Part shown: piece by piece, positions 27,129 through 39,162 of the stretch
How positions within the stretch are numbered: the first letter of the stretch is position 1
Layout: the number at the start of each line of letters is the position of its first letter
Made by a program: the position numbers and the translations under genes
The notes under the pieces: generated by a model
What the model saw: the letters and a program-made list of their open reading frames with translations, nothing else
The model's database searches: none
What the model was told of the DNA's origin: nothing
From: Eledone cirrhosa
Taxonomy: Eukaryota
Direction: 5' to 3'
DNA length: 64,000 nt
Assembly: GCA_964016885.1 (NCBI GenBank)
Contig: OZ024740.1
Span: forward strand, 423,460,001-423,524,000

Positions 27129-28060
27129 CCTCAAGTGAGTTTCTTAATCATTCTTCGTGCAAAACATTTCCATTTTTCTTGTGTTTACTATTTCCAGTTT
27201 CAAATACAATGAACTTTCGGCTTGAACAATTGCAATTTTTAGTGACCATGTGCTCATGTCACGAAGAACATTATTTATTATGAACATTATTTATTACAAA
27301 CTCTATTTACGAACAAACATTGTGTATATCATTGTGTATAACATTTTTTTTCTTCTCTCTCTTGTTTTGCAAAAGTTTATATTTTTCATGTTCTGTAACA
27401 TTGATTGTGTAATTGCCATAGTTTTTATATACATACAAGGCGTGTACATATTCTGTTTTCCATGCACACTACAAAACTACGTTTGTTTCACCTTTTGGTT
27501 CATACACTGAGCAATAGATATTTGTGTCCCTCTAACTCTTACACTACAAAATGTTTTCTCTTTGATCAAGCATTTCACAAATCGCATTCTCAAAACACTG
27601 GCCTTCTTTTTTCAAGTACACATTCACTCAATAGCTCGAGAATGCCTCGCTATTTTTTTTTTTTTACCACATGCATTCGCTCAAGTCATATGCTGTGGAG
27701 CAAACTGTTACTTTTAGGCAGCATGCTTACGGCCATTCAGTTCACACATTACGGTTATCTTCACTGCCCAGTTAGACTTTTTGTCACGCAATTCACAGGC
27801 AGCTCAACCCAAATTGCAACAGGCTCATGCATCACGCCTGCATAAATCTGGTCAAAGTCATTTTAAAGTTTATTTATTTTTTCCCTTCCTGACACACAGA
27901 TCTTGCCATATCATCTCTACATCTGTCCTGTACTCGATGATCACAACATTTCACAACGTTCTGGACACTCCTGGGGCTATTGTCATGACAAATGCACCAC
28001 TGGCCCATTACTATACGATATTTCGCTCTTTTGTTGTACAAAAGAACTGGCAGGGGCTAA

Positions 28061-28589
28061 TGTACAGCCACCGGAAATAACAGCTGTGAAATATACAGCG
28101 CCATCTACCTGTTAGCTAGCTACTTCAACGTGAAACAAAAGAACCCTTAGAACCTACCAGAATTAGAACCTACCAGAATAAGAACCTACCATAATAAACG
28201 CCTACACATCGGCTAAACAACAAAGGATTGTTCCTGTATAAATAGAGTGGTTCCTAACACTTCGCTAGTCGACTTTTGGCAGAGTCAGCTAGCGCATCGT
28301 TGTTCCTTTACTCTGCCACGCTTTGTCACTCACACGCCTTGTATCTCGTATCGTCGCTTCATGTGAAAATAAATAGCTGATCGAATTTACATCTCGCCTT
28401 GCTTCGTCCTTTCAACTTGTGCTTTCGTCTGTCCATCTTCAGCAGTTCTTTTAAGGGCTATATGCGACAACAGTCCTTTTAAGGGCTATCTTCAGATCTG
28501 ATCAGACCGTATGCGATAAGAGTCCTTCTAAGGGCTATTCTCGGATCTGATCAGAAGTAGTGACTAGACTGACTAACCACGTCGCTACA
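28061..28589 (+). repeat. 3' LTR (529 bp), preceded by polypurine tract
   Basis: Matches the 5' LTR with no difference seen by eye; purine-rich tract at 28040-28056. Confidence 0.95.
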
Positions 28590-28611
28590 TATATATATAT
28601 ATATATATATA

Positions 28612-28882
28612 CGTTCTTTGCCAGCGAACGTTTCCACGAACCAAAGTATCGTCTTCCTGTTTTCCTCCGGTTGCAACGTTTTTTGAAATATCCAGTTCTG
28701 AGTTTACAGATTGACTTTGTTAGTTTCAGAAGATCCCGTTAAGGGTGAAAGCAGCGATTCTTTGCTTAAACTTTAATCTGTTATTTTAATAAATATTTGC
28801 TCTACGGTTCTTATATATTTGATATATATTTATCCTTATCGAGCCCTCTTTGGATTTTAGCCTTCAATTTTATTATTATTAC

Positions 28883-28885
<3 letters not shown>
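28612..28885 (+). mobile_element. 3' part of CAGAAGA-family pLTR with tail in direct orientation; hammerhead-like fold 28722-28772
   Basis: agttt-CAGAAGA..GAAA-gca/tgc-TT-aaact; ends TTATTATTATTACTA then (TA)n. Confidence 0.65.
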
Positions 28886-28913
<28 letters not shown>

Positions 28914-28950
28914 ATATATATATGTGTGTATATATATATATGTATATATA

Positions 28951-31801
28951 TCAAGTCGCTCTATACAGTCAATCCCCACGCCGACGGCTTACGTGCCCTC
29001 AAGCTTGTGACCTCGACCTTCGCCCCTCCTCCATCCCCTCCACCCCCACCCTCCTTCGCCTCGCCGAGCTGGTCCTCACCCTCAACCATTTCTCCTTCTC
29101 GGGTGAGTTTTACCAACAGGTCACGGGGGTAGCCATGGGCACAAGAATGGGCCGAAACTATGCCAACATTTTCGTTGGCCATGTTGAGGCACAAATCTTT
29201 GCCCAGTACACCGGCCCTACGCTCGAACTGTACGGTCGTTACATCGACGACTGTATCGGAGCCACGACCCTCACCCGAGAACAGCTCGACTCCTTTCTCT
29301 CCTTCTTCTTCTCCTTCCACCCCTCCCTCCACTTCACCACCTCTATCTCCACCACCCACGTCCACTTCTTAGACATCTCCGTCGCCTTCGACCCCTCTCA
29401 CCACTCCCCCGTCACCTCCGCCTTCTTCAAACCCACCGACTCCCACTCCTACCTCGACTTCACCTCTTCCCACGCTACACACACTAAACACTCTATTCCC
29501 TACTCCCAACTCCGCCACCTCTGTAGCCTAGATGCTAACTTTGAGTCCCAGGCCCTTTCCCTAGTCAGCCATTTCATCCGCAGAGGTTATCCCCCCTCTC
29601 TCGTCCACACCACTCTCACTTGCGCCCGTGCTGTCCACCGCTCCATCACCCTCACCCCACGCCACCGCACACCCACCCACCGTCTCCCCTTCCCCATCAC
29701 CTACCACCCCTCCACCCTACCTCTCCACCGCACCATCCTCCGCCTCTTCCGACGCCTCCGGTCTGACCCCTCCACCTCCCACATCTTCCCAGCCCCACCA
29801 CTCCTCTCCTTCAAACGCGCACGCAATCTCCGCACCCTCCTCGTCCGCAGCCGCCCCCGGTTCCCTTCCCTGTTCCATGCCTCGTTGCAACACCTGTCCC
29901 CACATCACCAACACCACCACCTTCCAGGGTCCCAACGGCCACTCTCTCTCTGTCCGGCACGCCTTCCGCTGCACCTCCTCCAACCTAGTCTATGGACTTC
30001 GCTGCACGGAGTGCAGCGCAACCTACGTCCGACAGACTGGACGTCGCCTGGCGGACCGTTTTACCGAACACCTCCGGGATATTCGTCTCGGCGGTAGTTC
30101 CCCCATCGCCCGCCACTTTGGGTCCCCTGGACATTCCGCGCACCACCTCACAGTCTGTGGCCTACTCCAATGCGACGGAACACCCGCCACCCTCCTCAGG
30201 GTCGAACAACGCACCATCTTCACCCTACAGACCCACACTCCCCTCGGCCTGAACTCCCCACCCCTATTCGACCGCCGTGTCCCCCCTACACACACATATC
30301 CCCCACTAACACTACTAACACACTCCTCCTTTTCACCGCCCACCTCACAACTAACAATACTAACACCCCCACCTCACACCCGACCACCCTTCCCCAATTA
30401 ACAATACTAACATCCTTTCTTTCCCCCCTCTCCTTATCACGCACACACCCACCGGTACATATATACACGCACTCACACTAACCACACACCCTACTACAAC
30501 CACTAACCCTCACCCACACATCCACTCCCACCACCCCACAACTAATACCACTAACACCCCCCAACCCCACGCACACGAACACACACACCCACCCACACCC
30601 ATTTGCACCACCCACTCTACACACCCTACCACCACTGACCCCCACTAACACACCCACATTCAACCCTATCCCCACCACCAGTATACTAACACCCACTAAC
30701 ACCCCCTTCACCACACACACACTCATCCAAACACGCACACACACACCAGTACACTACACTCCCTCCATCCCCCCCACACACCTTTCTCTCCCCGCTCCAC
30801 CCACACCCCTTCTCACACACACACATCCCACTAACACGTCTACTAATGCACCCCTCCCCACTCCACCTTTCACACCTACCCATCCTCTCCCCTGTCCACC
30901 GCACCTCCGCACACACTGACACACCGACTTTCTCCACCTGCGATTCTCCCTACTGCTGCTATGCCCTGACCCTCTGACCACCTCTCCGCACACACAGACA
31001 CACAACCCTCCTCCTGTCTTGACCCTCTGACCACTTCCTGTTGCGCGCGCACCCCACATCTCCCCTCTTCCGACCAACCCAACCACGGATTACACACATT
31101 GGACATCGCTCCCACGAATCAACTGCATCACAAGGAAATTATCCGGCAACCCACCACACCCTCTACGGAACTACCTTAGGAACATACCCACGGACATACA
31201 CTCACAACAATTTTTTCCCACACGCCACCTACATCCACAATACGTATAAACACCACACACACGTGCGTACCACCACATATTTACACACTCAGTCTCCGGA
31301 ATCCCCCCTCTGACCCCCTCCCCATCCACGCACGCGCACACACACCGACCTACACCCCAACCCACACACACCTTTTCCTGAACATGGAACCCCGTTCTTC
31401 CACCAACTCTCACATTCACATACACACACACGTACACCTACACACACACACCACCTTCAGCCCTCCCCGCTCGGACACCCCGCCTCCCTCTCCCCACTCC
31501 ACCCGCCACCGCCCCTACACGCCCCACACCCTTCCGCCACTTGTTTATCTTCATGCTTATTTTTATTTTTATTCTGTTTTTATATTTATTTTCATTTGTA
31601 CCGTTTCCTCTCACCCCCTTTTTTCTAAATGTATCTACCGCACTCCCCTACACACCATTGGAAATCTCTTCCCACACACTTTTCGCCTGAAGAAGGGCTT
31701 ATGCCCGAAACGTCGTTCCCCACCACCACCCCACTCTCAAGAGCGTGAAACTAATAAACCTTTGTTCGTACTGCCTCTCTGTTTTGTTCCCGTTCCATTT
31801 T

Positions 31802-31806
<5 letters not shown>
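28951..31806 (+). mobile_element. 5'-truncated Penelope-like element with long C-rich 3' region
   Basis: GVAMGTRMG, GRYIDDC, FLDI, KPTDSHSYL; NLVYGLRC..YVRQTGRRLADRFTEH, TPLGLN; hammerhead and AATAAA at the end; (TA)n flanks. Confidence 0.9.
31687..31714 (+). ncRNA. Minimal hammerhead core
   Basis: CTGAAGA-a-gggc ttat gccc-GAAA-cg-TC; stem I poorly paired. Confidence 0.7.
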
Positions 31807-31843
<37 letters not shown>

Positions 31844-31859
31844 CATATATATATATATA

Positions 31860-34298
31860 GGCATGAGGCATCAGAAGAACATTCTGGATCTAGTGTTTAG
31901 TAACCACACTAACACTATATTACAGTGGAAAAACCCTTCTCCCAGACCATGACATGGTTCTTTGTAACCTGAGATTCCACCAGCCGAAAGCTAATCCCAG
32001 GGTCCTCTCTACAGCCCACCCATTTGATAACATGGATCTCCACAATGCCAACTGGGATGCAATTATGAACGAACTATCACATGTCGACTGGTCTTTTACA
32101 CTCGCACACACTTCCACCAACATCAAAACATCTTGGCAGATCTTTGTAGACACTGTCACAAATATATGTACAAAACACACCCCACCAAAACCTGTGAACA
32201 AAACTAAGTGCAGTACCCCCAAAACAGAAAAACAATTATCAGAAAAATAAAAAGAACTAACAAAAAAATTAACACACTAAAATACTGCCAACAGCAACAC
32301 ACACATTCAATGGATATCACCCTGCTTGAGTCAAAAAAATATAACCTCCAAAAATGCATGATGACCATCATCAATAACCAGAGAATAGCTGAAGAGAGGT
32401 GGGCCATTGAGAAAATCAAACTCAACCCCAAAGTGTTCTTCTCATTCGCTAAAAAACACATGGTCACCGTCTCCACTGTTGGCCCCCTAGTTGATGAAAG
32501 TGGCACACTCCAAGACAGCCAAAACCATGGGCGAGATACTGCAGAAACAATACTGCTCTGTTTTCAGCAACCCTGATATGGCCGATCTGGGCCGTATCAG
32601 TGATATTAACCCCCAACACACTATATCAGATATAACGTTTGGCACCCCTGATGTCTTAGCGGCAATAAACGAAATTAAACACAATTGAGCAGTAGGCCCC
32701 GACAGTTTCCCTGCTTGTGTCCTGAAGGTGTGTCGACACCAACTTGCATCTCCTTTTGTTAATCTGTGGAGGAACTCACTGGACACTGGCTATATTCCTG
32801 AAAACTTTCTGTCCCAGTCTTCAAAAAGGGAAATAAGTCCCTTGTAGTGAACTACCGTCCGATCTCACTCACCTCTCATATTATCAAGGTATTTGAGAGG
32901 GTGGTGATATCACGAATAACCCACTTTCTTGAAAGCAACGGCCTGCTGAACTCCAACCAACATGGATTCCGTAATGGAAGGAACTTCCTAACGCAGCTCC
33001 TGCATCACTTTGACAATGTTTTGAGAGCCTTGGGAGAGGGCTCCAACACTGATGTCATCTACCTTGATTTCAGTAAGGCATCCGACAGGGTTGATCATAA
33101 GATTCTACTGAAAAATCTATCCAATGCTGGTGTCTCAGGAACGTTACTACAGTTCATCAAATGTTTCCTGACAGGCAGAACCCAGCATGTTGTAGTCGAA
33201 GGAGTAAAATCAAGCCCTGCCAAAGTCAGCAGTGGCGTCCCACAAGGCACTGTGTTGGGCCCATTTCTTTTCATCATCTACATTAATGACATTACTGACA
33301 TCATCAAGCACAGCAACATCAGAATCTTCGCAGATGACTCCAAGCTCCAAAGGGTCATCAATGAGGTGGGTGACCGGACTTGCCTTCAGTCAGACCTACT
33401 GGCTGTTATCCAATGGGCAGAGATGAATAATATGCTGTTGAATGAGGATAAATTTGAACGAATCCACTTTGGAAAAAATGATGCCCTGAAACTACCATAC
33501 TCTCTTCCTTCGGGGTGAAACTCTAGTGGCTTCCAATAACATCAGAGACCTGGGAGTAATTGTCGACAACAATATAAGCTGGGCCACTCATATAAACAGC
33601 AAAGTTGATATGGCCCGCAGAGTGTGTTCCTGGATTCTCAGAACTTTCCAGTCGAAAGATATCCACACTGTTGTCCTTCTCTTCTCCACTTTTGTCCGAC
33701 CCCACCTTGAATACTGTTGTCCACTGTGGTCACCACACACGAAACAAAGTATCATGAAAGTTGAAGCACCCCAAAGGTCAATTACAAAAAAGATAGTTGG
33801 CATGACAGGCCTTGACTATTGGGGTCGATTAGAAAAGCTCAAACTTTATTCTCTTCAACGTCGCCGTGAGCGCTACATTATATGTATGATGTGGAAAATA
33901 TTCCATCATTTGCCCAAATGATGTTGGCATCATCTTTAGTCTACACCCAAGGCTTGGGCCTCGTGCTCTCCGCCCACGACAAAAATCCCACTCGCATCAC
34001 AAAACAACAATACGGCACAATTATTTCACCTCAATTGGCCCTGCACTCTTTAACATTACACCAATACACATCAAAGCAGAGACAGACCCCATCAAGTTTA
34101 AGAAGTCTTTGGATAAATTCCTTCAAAAAATCCCGGATAAGCCTCCTACACCCGGATATACCTCCGTAAACAATAACTCTCTGCTCGAGTGGGCCATGGT
34201 GCCCAAACACTGATTTGTAAGACTTCGCCAGGTGGTGCTATTAAGTTAGTTATGGCCTGGGCCAATACTGACCGAAATCTATCAAAGTTATCAAAGTT
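31860..34298 (+). mobile_element. 5'-truncated CR1/L2-group LINE, decayed
   Basis: NYRPISLTS, YLDFSKA, SGVPQGTVLGP, FADD, RDLGV, RPHLEYCCPLWSP; tail (ATCAAAGTT)2. Confidence 0.9.
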
Positions 34299-34303
34299 AT
34301 ATA

Positions 34304-34360
<57 letters not shown>

Positions 34361-34413
34361 GGATTCTTTCTCACGTCGTGTAGACGCGTTCTTGAGACTA
34401 GTAAAATGAGGTA

Positions 34414-34501
34414 TCCTCTTGATAAGTCGGCAGACCTCGCAAGGACTCTATATCTTTGATATATTGTTTTTGTTTATGCCACGAAACTACGTAGTCGAGG
34501 A
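34414..34501 (+). ncRNA. Type-I hammerhead with U3-A8 covariant core, in a solo module (about 34338-34572)
   Basis: tcctc-TTGATAA-gt(c)ggca..tgccac-GAAA-ctacgtag-TC-gagga. Confidence 0.65.
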
Positions 34502-34590
34502 ACTTAGGAACAGTTTAGGTATGATACATTTTATTACTAATTATATCTAAATGTTTCTTCTCTCTTCATAATGTATATATATATATATAT

Positions 34591-35939
34591 ATTTATTAAA
34601 ATAACAGATTAAAGTTTAAGCAAAGAATCGCTGCTTTCACCCTTAACGGGATCTTCTGAAACTGACAAAGTCAATCTGTAAACGCAGAAGTGAATATTTC
34701 AAGAAAGGTTGCAACCGGAGGAAGACAGGAAGACGATACTTTGGTTCGTAGCAAAGTAGATAGACGTAGGAAGACGATACTTTGGTTCCTTGGCAAAGAA
34801 CGGGAAAAAACGAATATAATACGTCGCGCCGCTGAGGCCCTGGAAATACTCTACGCCACAGACCACATCTTAAACAAAAAATCTGAGGCAATTTCGGCTT
34901 GTAAACATAAATTGCACAAAACTTTCCTGTATTACAGCCCCACATTATACCCTAACGGATAGTACGATCTATACGCGGATATTTTACGTCCTGATGTGGT
35001 AGTTAAGTATATGTAATGTTTATACCATTACTTATTTGATAGGTAAGTATATATTACCTTTATGTTTTGTGAAGGTACGTATACTTTCTCGTACGTATAT
35101 TTGATTGTATATGTTATGGCGTATATTTTATATATTCTGGTACATATGCTTTTGGTTATGTATATACGTGAGTTTTGCGTCTGTGCGAGTATGCGGGTTC
35201 GTACGTATGTAGGGTGTGTGTATATGTGTACTTCATGTTTTGGTTGACGTGCGTCTCCGAACATTTGTGTATTTACATGTAGGTATGTGTGTGCGCTTGT
35301 TATATACCTATCTATTTATTTATATACGTTTATTTAATTATTTGTATACACGCACACATACACACACATATTTATATGTGCGTGTATTTGTATACCTATG
35401 GCGAGTGTTTTCGCGTATGCTTGTGTATGTACGTATTTGGTTGCGTGTATGTATTTATTTAATTTCAATTACCTCTGTATTTTATTTACTTTATTCTTAA
35501 CTCTGAAGCGGAGAATCATTCGGTTTCCTAGTTAGAATTTTAGTCTACGACTTCAGCTATACCATTTACGTGGTTTTGTCTTTGCGTACAATTGTTCTCT
35601 CCGCTCCACATATGACGTATTATCTTCGTTTTTTCCGTTCATTGCCAGAGAACGTCTCTATGAACCACCTAAGAGAACATTAGTCTACGACTTCTTTTAT
35701 ACCATATACGTGGTTCTGTCTTTGCGTGTAATTGTTTTTCACCGCTCCAAATAATGACGTATTATATTCGTTTTTTCCCGTTCTTTGCCAGGGAACGTTT
35801 CCACGAACCAAAATATCGTCTTCCTGTCTTCCTTCGGTTGCAACGTTTTTTGAAATATTCACTTCTGCGTTCACAGATTGACTTTGTTAGATTCAGAAGA
35901 TCCCGTTAAGGGTGAAAGCAGCGATTCTTTGCTTAAACT
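34591..35939 (+). mobile_element. PLE 3' end (CAGAAGA family): inverted pLTR piece 34591-34830, ORF tail, then pLTR
   Basis: EALEIL..ILNKKSEAISACKH resembles a PLE endonuclease C-terminus; hammerhead-like folds at 34613-34663 (-) and 35889-35939 (+). Confidence 0.65.
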
Positions 35940-35987
35940 ATCAGAGGAAATATACATACCTACTCATATATATGCTGTCTTCAGAAA

Positions 35988-36347
35988 TAATTGTTTCTAC
36001 TTTAGGCACAAGGCCAGAAATTACCCAGTGCATTACTGGTACTTTATTTTATCGACCCCGTAAGGATGAAAGGCAAAGTCAACTTCGACGGGATTTGAAC
36101 TCAGATCGTAAAGGGTCGTAACTATGCTGGAAAGCATGGCGTCCGACCCTCTACCGATACTGCCAATCTTCAGAAATAATTGTTTCTACTATTGGCACAA
36201 GGCCAGAAATTAACCAGTACATTACTGGTACTTTATTTTATCGGCCCCGTAAGGATGAAAGGCAAAGTTAACCTCGGCGGGATTTGAACTCAGAATGGCG
36301 TCCGAACCTCTAAAAGCATGGCGTCCGAACCTCTATCAATACTGCCA
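35988..36347 (-). mobile_element. Two tandem SINE family 1 copies interrupting a hammerhead-bearing repeat (35940-36570)
   Basis: Inverse match to 11082-11278; flanks match 42340-42580. Confidence 0.8.
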
Positions 36348-37204
36348 AATGATATTTGTTTATTGAAAAAAAAAACAACAAAGATTTAATATAATAGGTC
36401 TGTTTGGGAACAGGTTTTGAATTGACCAATAGAAAAGTAGTAAGTGGTCAAGTTGATAGAATAGTAGCAGTAGAGATTTAATTTAGGGGTAGAGGAATGC
36501 AGACTTAAGTTTTGAATGGAAAGAATACTTTGAATGAAAAGATTACTTTGGGGATGAAAAGAGGTTAAGCTGGTGAAAGGTACACGAAAATTTTATGTTT
36601 TTAAAGAATAATGCTAATGTTAAAATCGAAGGAGAATAAAATTTTAGGGTAAATGTGTTAGTGAGAACACATTTACCCTAAAACACATTTCACAGTAATG
36701 GTGGCCAAGTTTATTCATGTATACAGTTAATACATTATATATATATATAAAACTATATATAATATATATAGTAATAATAATAAATTTGAAGTTTTATATA
36801 TATATATATAATGTATTAACTGTATACATGAATAAACTTGGCCACCATAACTGTGAAATGTGTTTGTTTGTGTGTGTTTATGTGTGTGAGTGTGTGTGTG
36901 TATGTGTGTGTATGTGAGTGTGTGTGTATGTGTGTGTGAGTGTGTGTGTATATGTGAGTGTGTGTGTGTGTATGTGTGTGTGTATATCTGTGTATGTATA
37001 TGTGTGTGTGTGTATGTGTGTGTATTTGATAATGATTCATTAAACTAGTTTAAATGTTTCCTATCTTGTTATACACTTTTACAATAAGACAGGTTTTAAT
37101 GTCTGCAGCCTTGAAACACAGAAACTGTTTCGAAATTAAATTAGAAAATATTTTCAACATTGTTGTTGTTGTTGTTATTGATTTTAAAAAAAAACTTTAT
37201 TTTC

Positions 37205-37300
37205 TTAGTCTCAGTTATAAATTTTATAACGTTCTGTGCCGTCTGTAATGTTTTCTTAATGTGAGCCCTGTGTGGCTAATAAAGAAATTATTATTATTAC
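37205..37300 (+). mobile_element. Tx1-family 3'-end fragment with (ATT)n tail
   Basis: CCGTCTGT..GAGCCCTGTGTGGCTAATAAAGAAAT matches the reverse complement of 3966-4025. Confidence 0.75.
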
Positions 37301-37307
37301 TATTATT

Positions 37308-37531
37308 CAGGGTGGTGGGTTGTCAGTATCAGTAGAGCGTCGGACACCATGCTTTGCAGCATAGAGATACGGCCCTTTACGGTCTGAGTTCAAATCCCGC
37401 CGAGGTTAACTTTGCCTTTTATCCTTACGGGGTCGATGAAATAAAGTACCAGTAATGCACTGGGGTCGATTTAATCAAATTTTCCCTGTCCCAAAATTGC
37501 TGGCCTTGTGCCTAAATTAGAAATTATTATT
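37308..37531 (+). mobile_element. SINE family 1
   Basis: Similar to 11082-11278. Confidence 0.8.
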
Positions 37532-37779
37532 AGTCGGCCCTGTAAGTTTCTTAGTTTTTCATTCGTTTATAATACCTATATTGTTAGCATTTTGTAAAAC
37601 ACTTGTTTCTAAAGTGCTGTGCTGTGATTTGTATTAGGGGGCAACCCATGACATTCGGCCCTTAGGAAATGGAGGCAAAAAAATTCCTTATGACATCCAC
37701 TGAACGTAACGGCCAAAACATTTCAGGCAGTTTTCATTGCAAACCGATCGAAAGTAATTAAAACAATCCCAATAGCAGA

Positions 37780-38012
37780 CTTAGTGGTTAGAGAATTGGG
37801 CTTGCAATCGAAAGGTTGTGAGTTCAATTCTCGGACCGGGTGATGTGTTGTTTCCTTGAGCAAGACACTTTATTTCACGTTGCTCCAGTTTACTCAGCTG
37901 TAGAAATGAGATGATAGGACTGGGGTCCCTATCATTAAATCACCCAAGACACCTCCAGCGAGATATACCTTGGAGCAGGCCAGCTAAACCTACATAGGTG
38001 TGAGCTGTCACA
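37780..38012 (+). mobile_element. tRNA-derived SINE family 2 with CORE-like block
   Basis: TAGTGGTTAGAG, GAGTTCAATTCTC, CCTTGAGCAAGACACTT; inverse copy at 61433-61659. Confidence 0.75.
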
Positions 38013-38455
38013 CACATACACACACACAATGGCAGACGACACAGCGAAACAGCTGCAAAAGGTTTTCCTTTTGCAAATGTTAGCAATGTTTTAGAGAAAT
38101 AAATCTCGCATGAAGAAGATTTAAAGGAAATCGGGTATGTGCTACAGCGAAATGGATGCAGAATAACCTTGAGACACCCTCTCAGGTAGTAGACCGCTGC
38201 ATCGTAGCTAAATCATGTCAGGTGGGAAGGTAAGCGAGGCCCAAATCCAAAAAGAGTTTGTGTGGGAACATAAAACTCCCATTTCCCCAGAAAAGAGATA
38301 TGGAACAGTAGAGGTGAAATCTGTGACAGAGACAAAAGTAAAATCCTACTTTTTAACATCTGCCGTGACTAGTAAAAGAGAGGGTCACCCAAGTACCACC
38401 CGTGATAATCAGTTGATTGTCCCTGGCTGATGGTGGCCTTCATAGGAGGGGAAAC

Positions 38456-38630
38456 ATCATCATCATCATCATCACCGTTTTACGTCCGTTCTTCCACGCT
38501 AGCATGGGTTAGACGGGTTTTCCTGTTGTGGGCGCAGTGTCCAGTCGGCTGACCTTGTCTTGCTCATACGGGAACTGATTCTGGCTTGATTTCTACAGCT
38601 GGATGCCCTTCCTAACACCAACCTCATTTA
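38456..38630 (-). mobile_element. RTE 3' UTR fragment with (CAT)n tail
   Basis: TTTCTACAGCTGGATGCCCTTCCTAACACCAA is the inverse of the motif in 40406-40749. Confidence 0.75.
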
Positions 38631-39162
38631 CAATGACAACAACAGTAGGAACATCAACAGCAACACCAACTTCCACAGCATCTGCGACAGAACCCCGCAA
38701 CTACACCTCAGAACATATCTTTGCTCGCTTCGGATCTCTCTGGTGAAGACCAGAATGGGGGAAAGTGTTTTTTAAAAGAAGGGAGAAAAAAAAAGACAAA
38801 AAAAATAGGCAGAAAGAAAATAAATCCCACATCAGCACCACCACCCTATCACCAACACTATAAATACAATAAAATTCACAACTACAACAACAGTACCCAC
38901 AAAAAACTAAACATATCCCCAACTACATGGCCATAAACAGATTACTGAACCTCATACACCAAGATAGAGATATTACAGAAAATGACTACATCACACCGAC
39001 AAATAGCAACACACAAATAGTTCAAATAACACAAGACACTTTACACAAAGATACTCATTGCCCCCAGTATTTGCATTTCTAAGATATGATGAAAGTATAT
39101 TCAATAAAACAGAAGTCTTACATAATAAAAGTATTTACAATCTCAATTATATCTTTGATATT

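Larger units (their letters stand above)
22602..28589 (+). mobile_element. Full-length Ty3/Gypsy LTR retrotransposon, defective
   Basis: TG..CA LTRs, PBS, PPT, gag then PR-RT-RH-IN order; TATA on both flanks within (TA)n. Confidence 0.95.

Noticed and set aside
39058-39162. N-terminal extension of the 392-aa RTE ORF
   Set aside because: Chance in-frame read-through from flanking Tx1 relic; RTE homology starts near 39163
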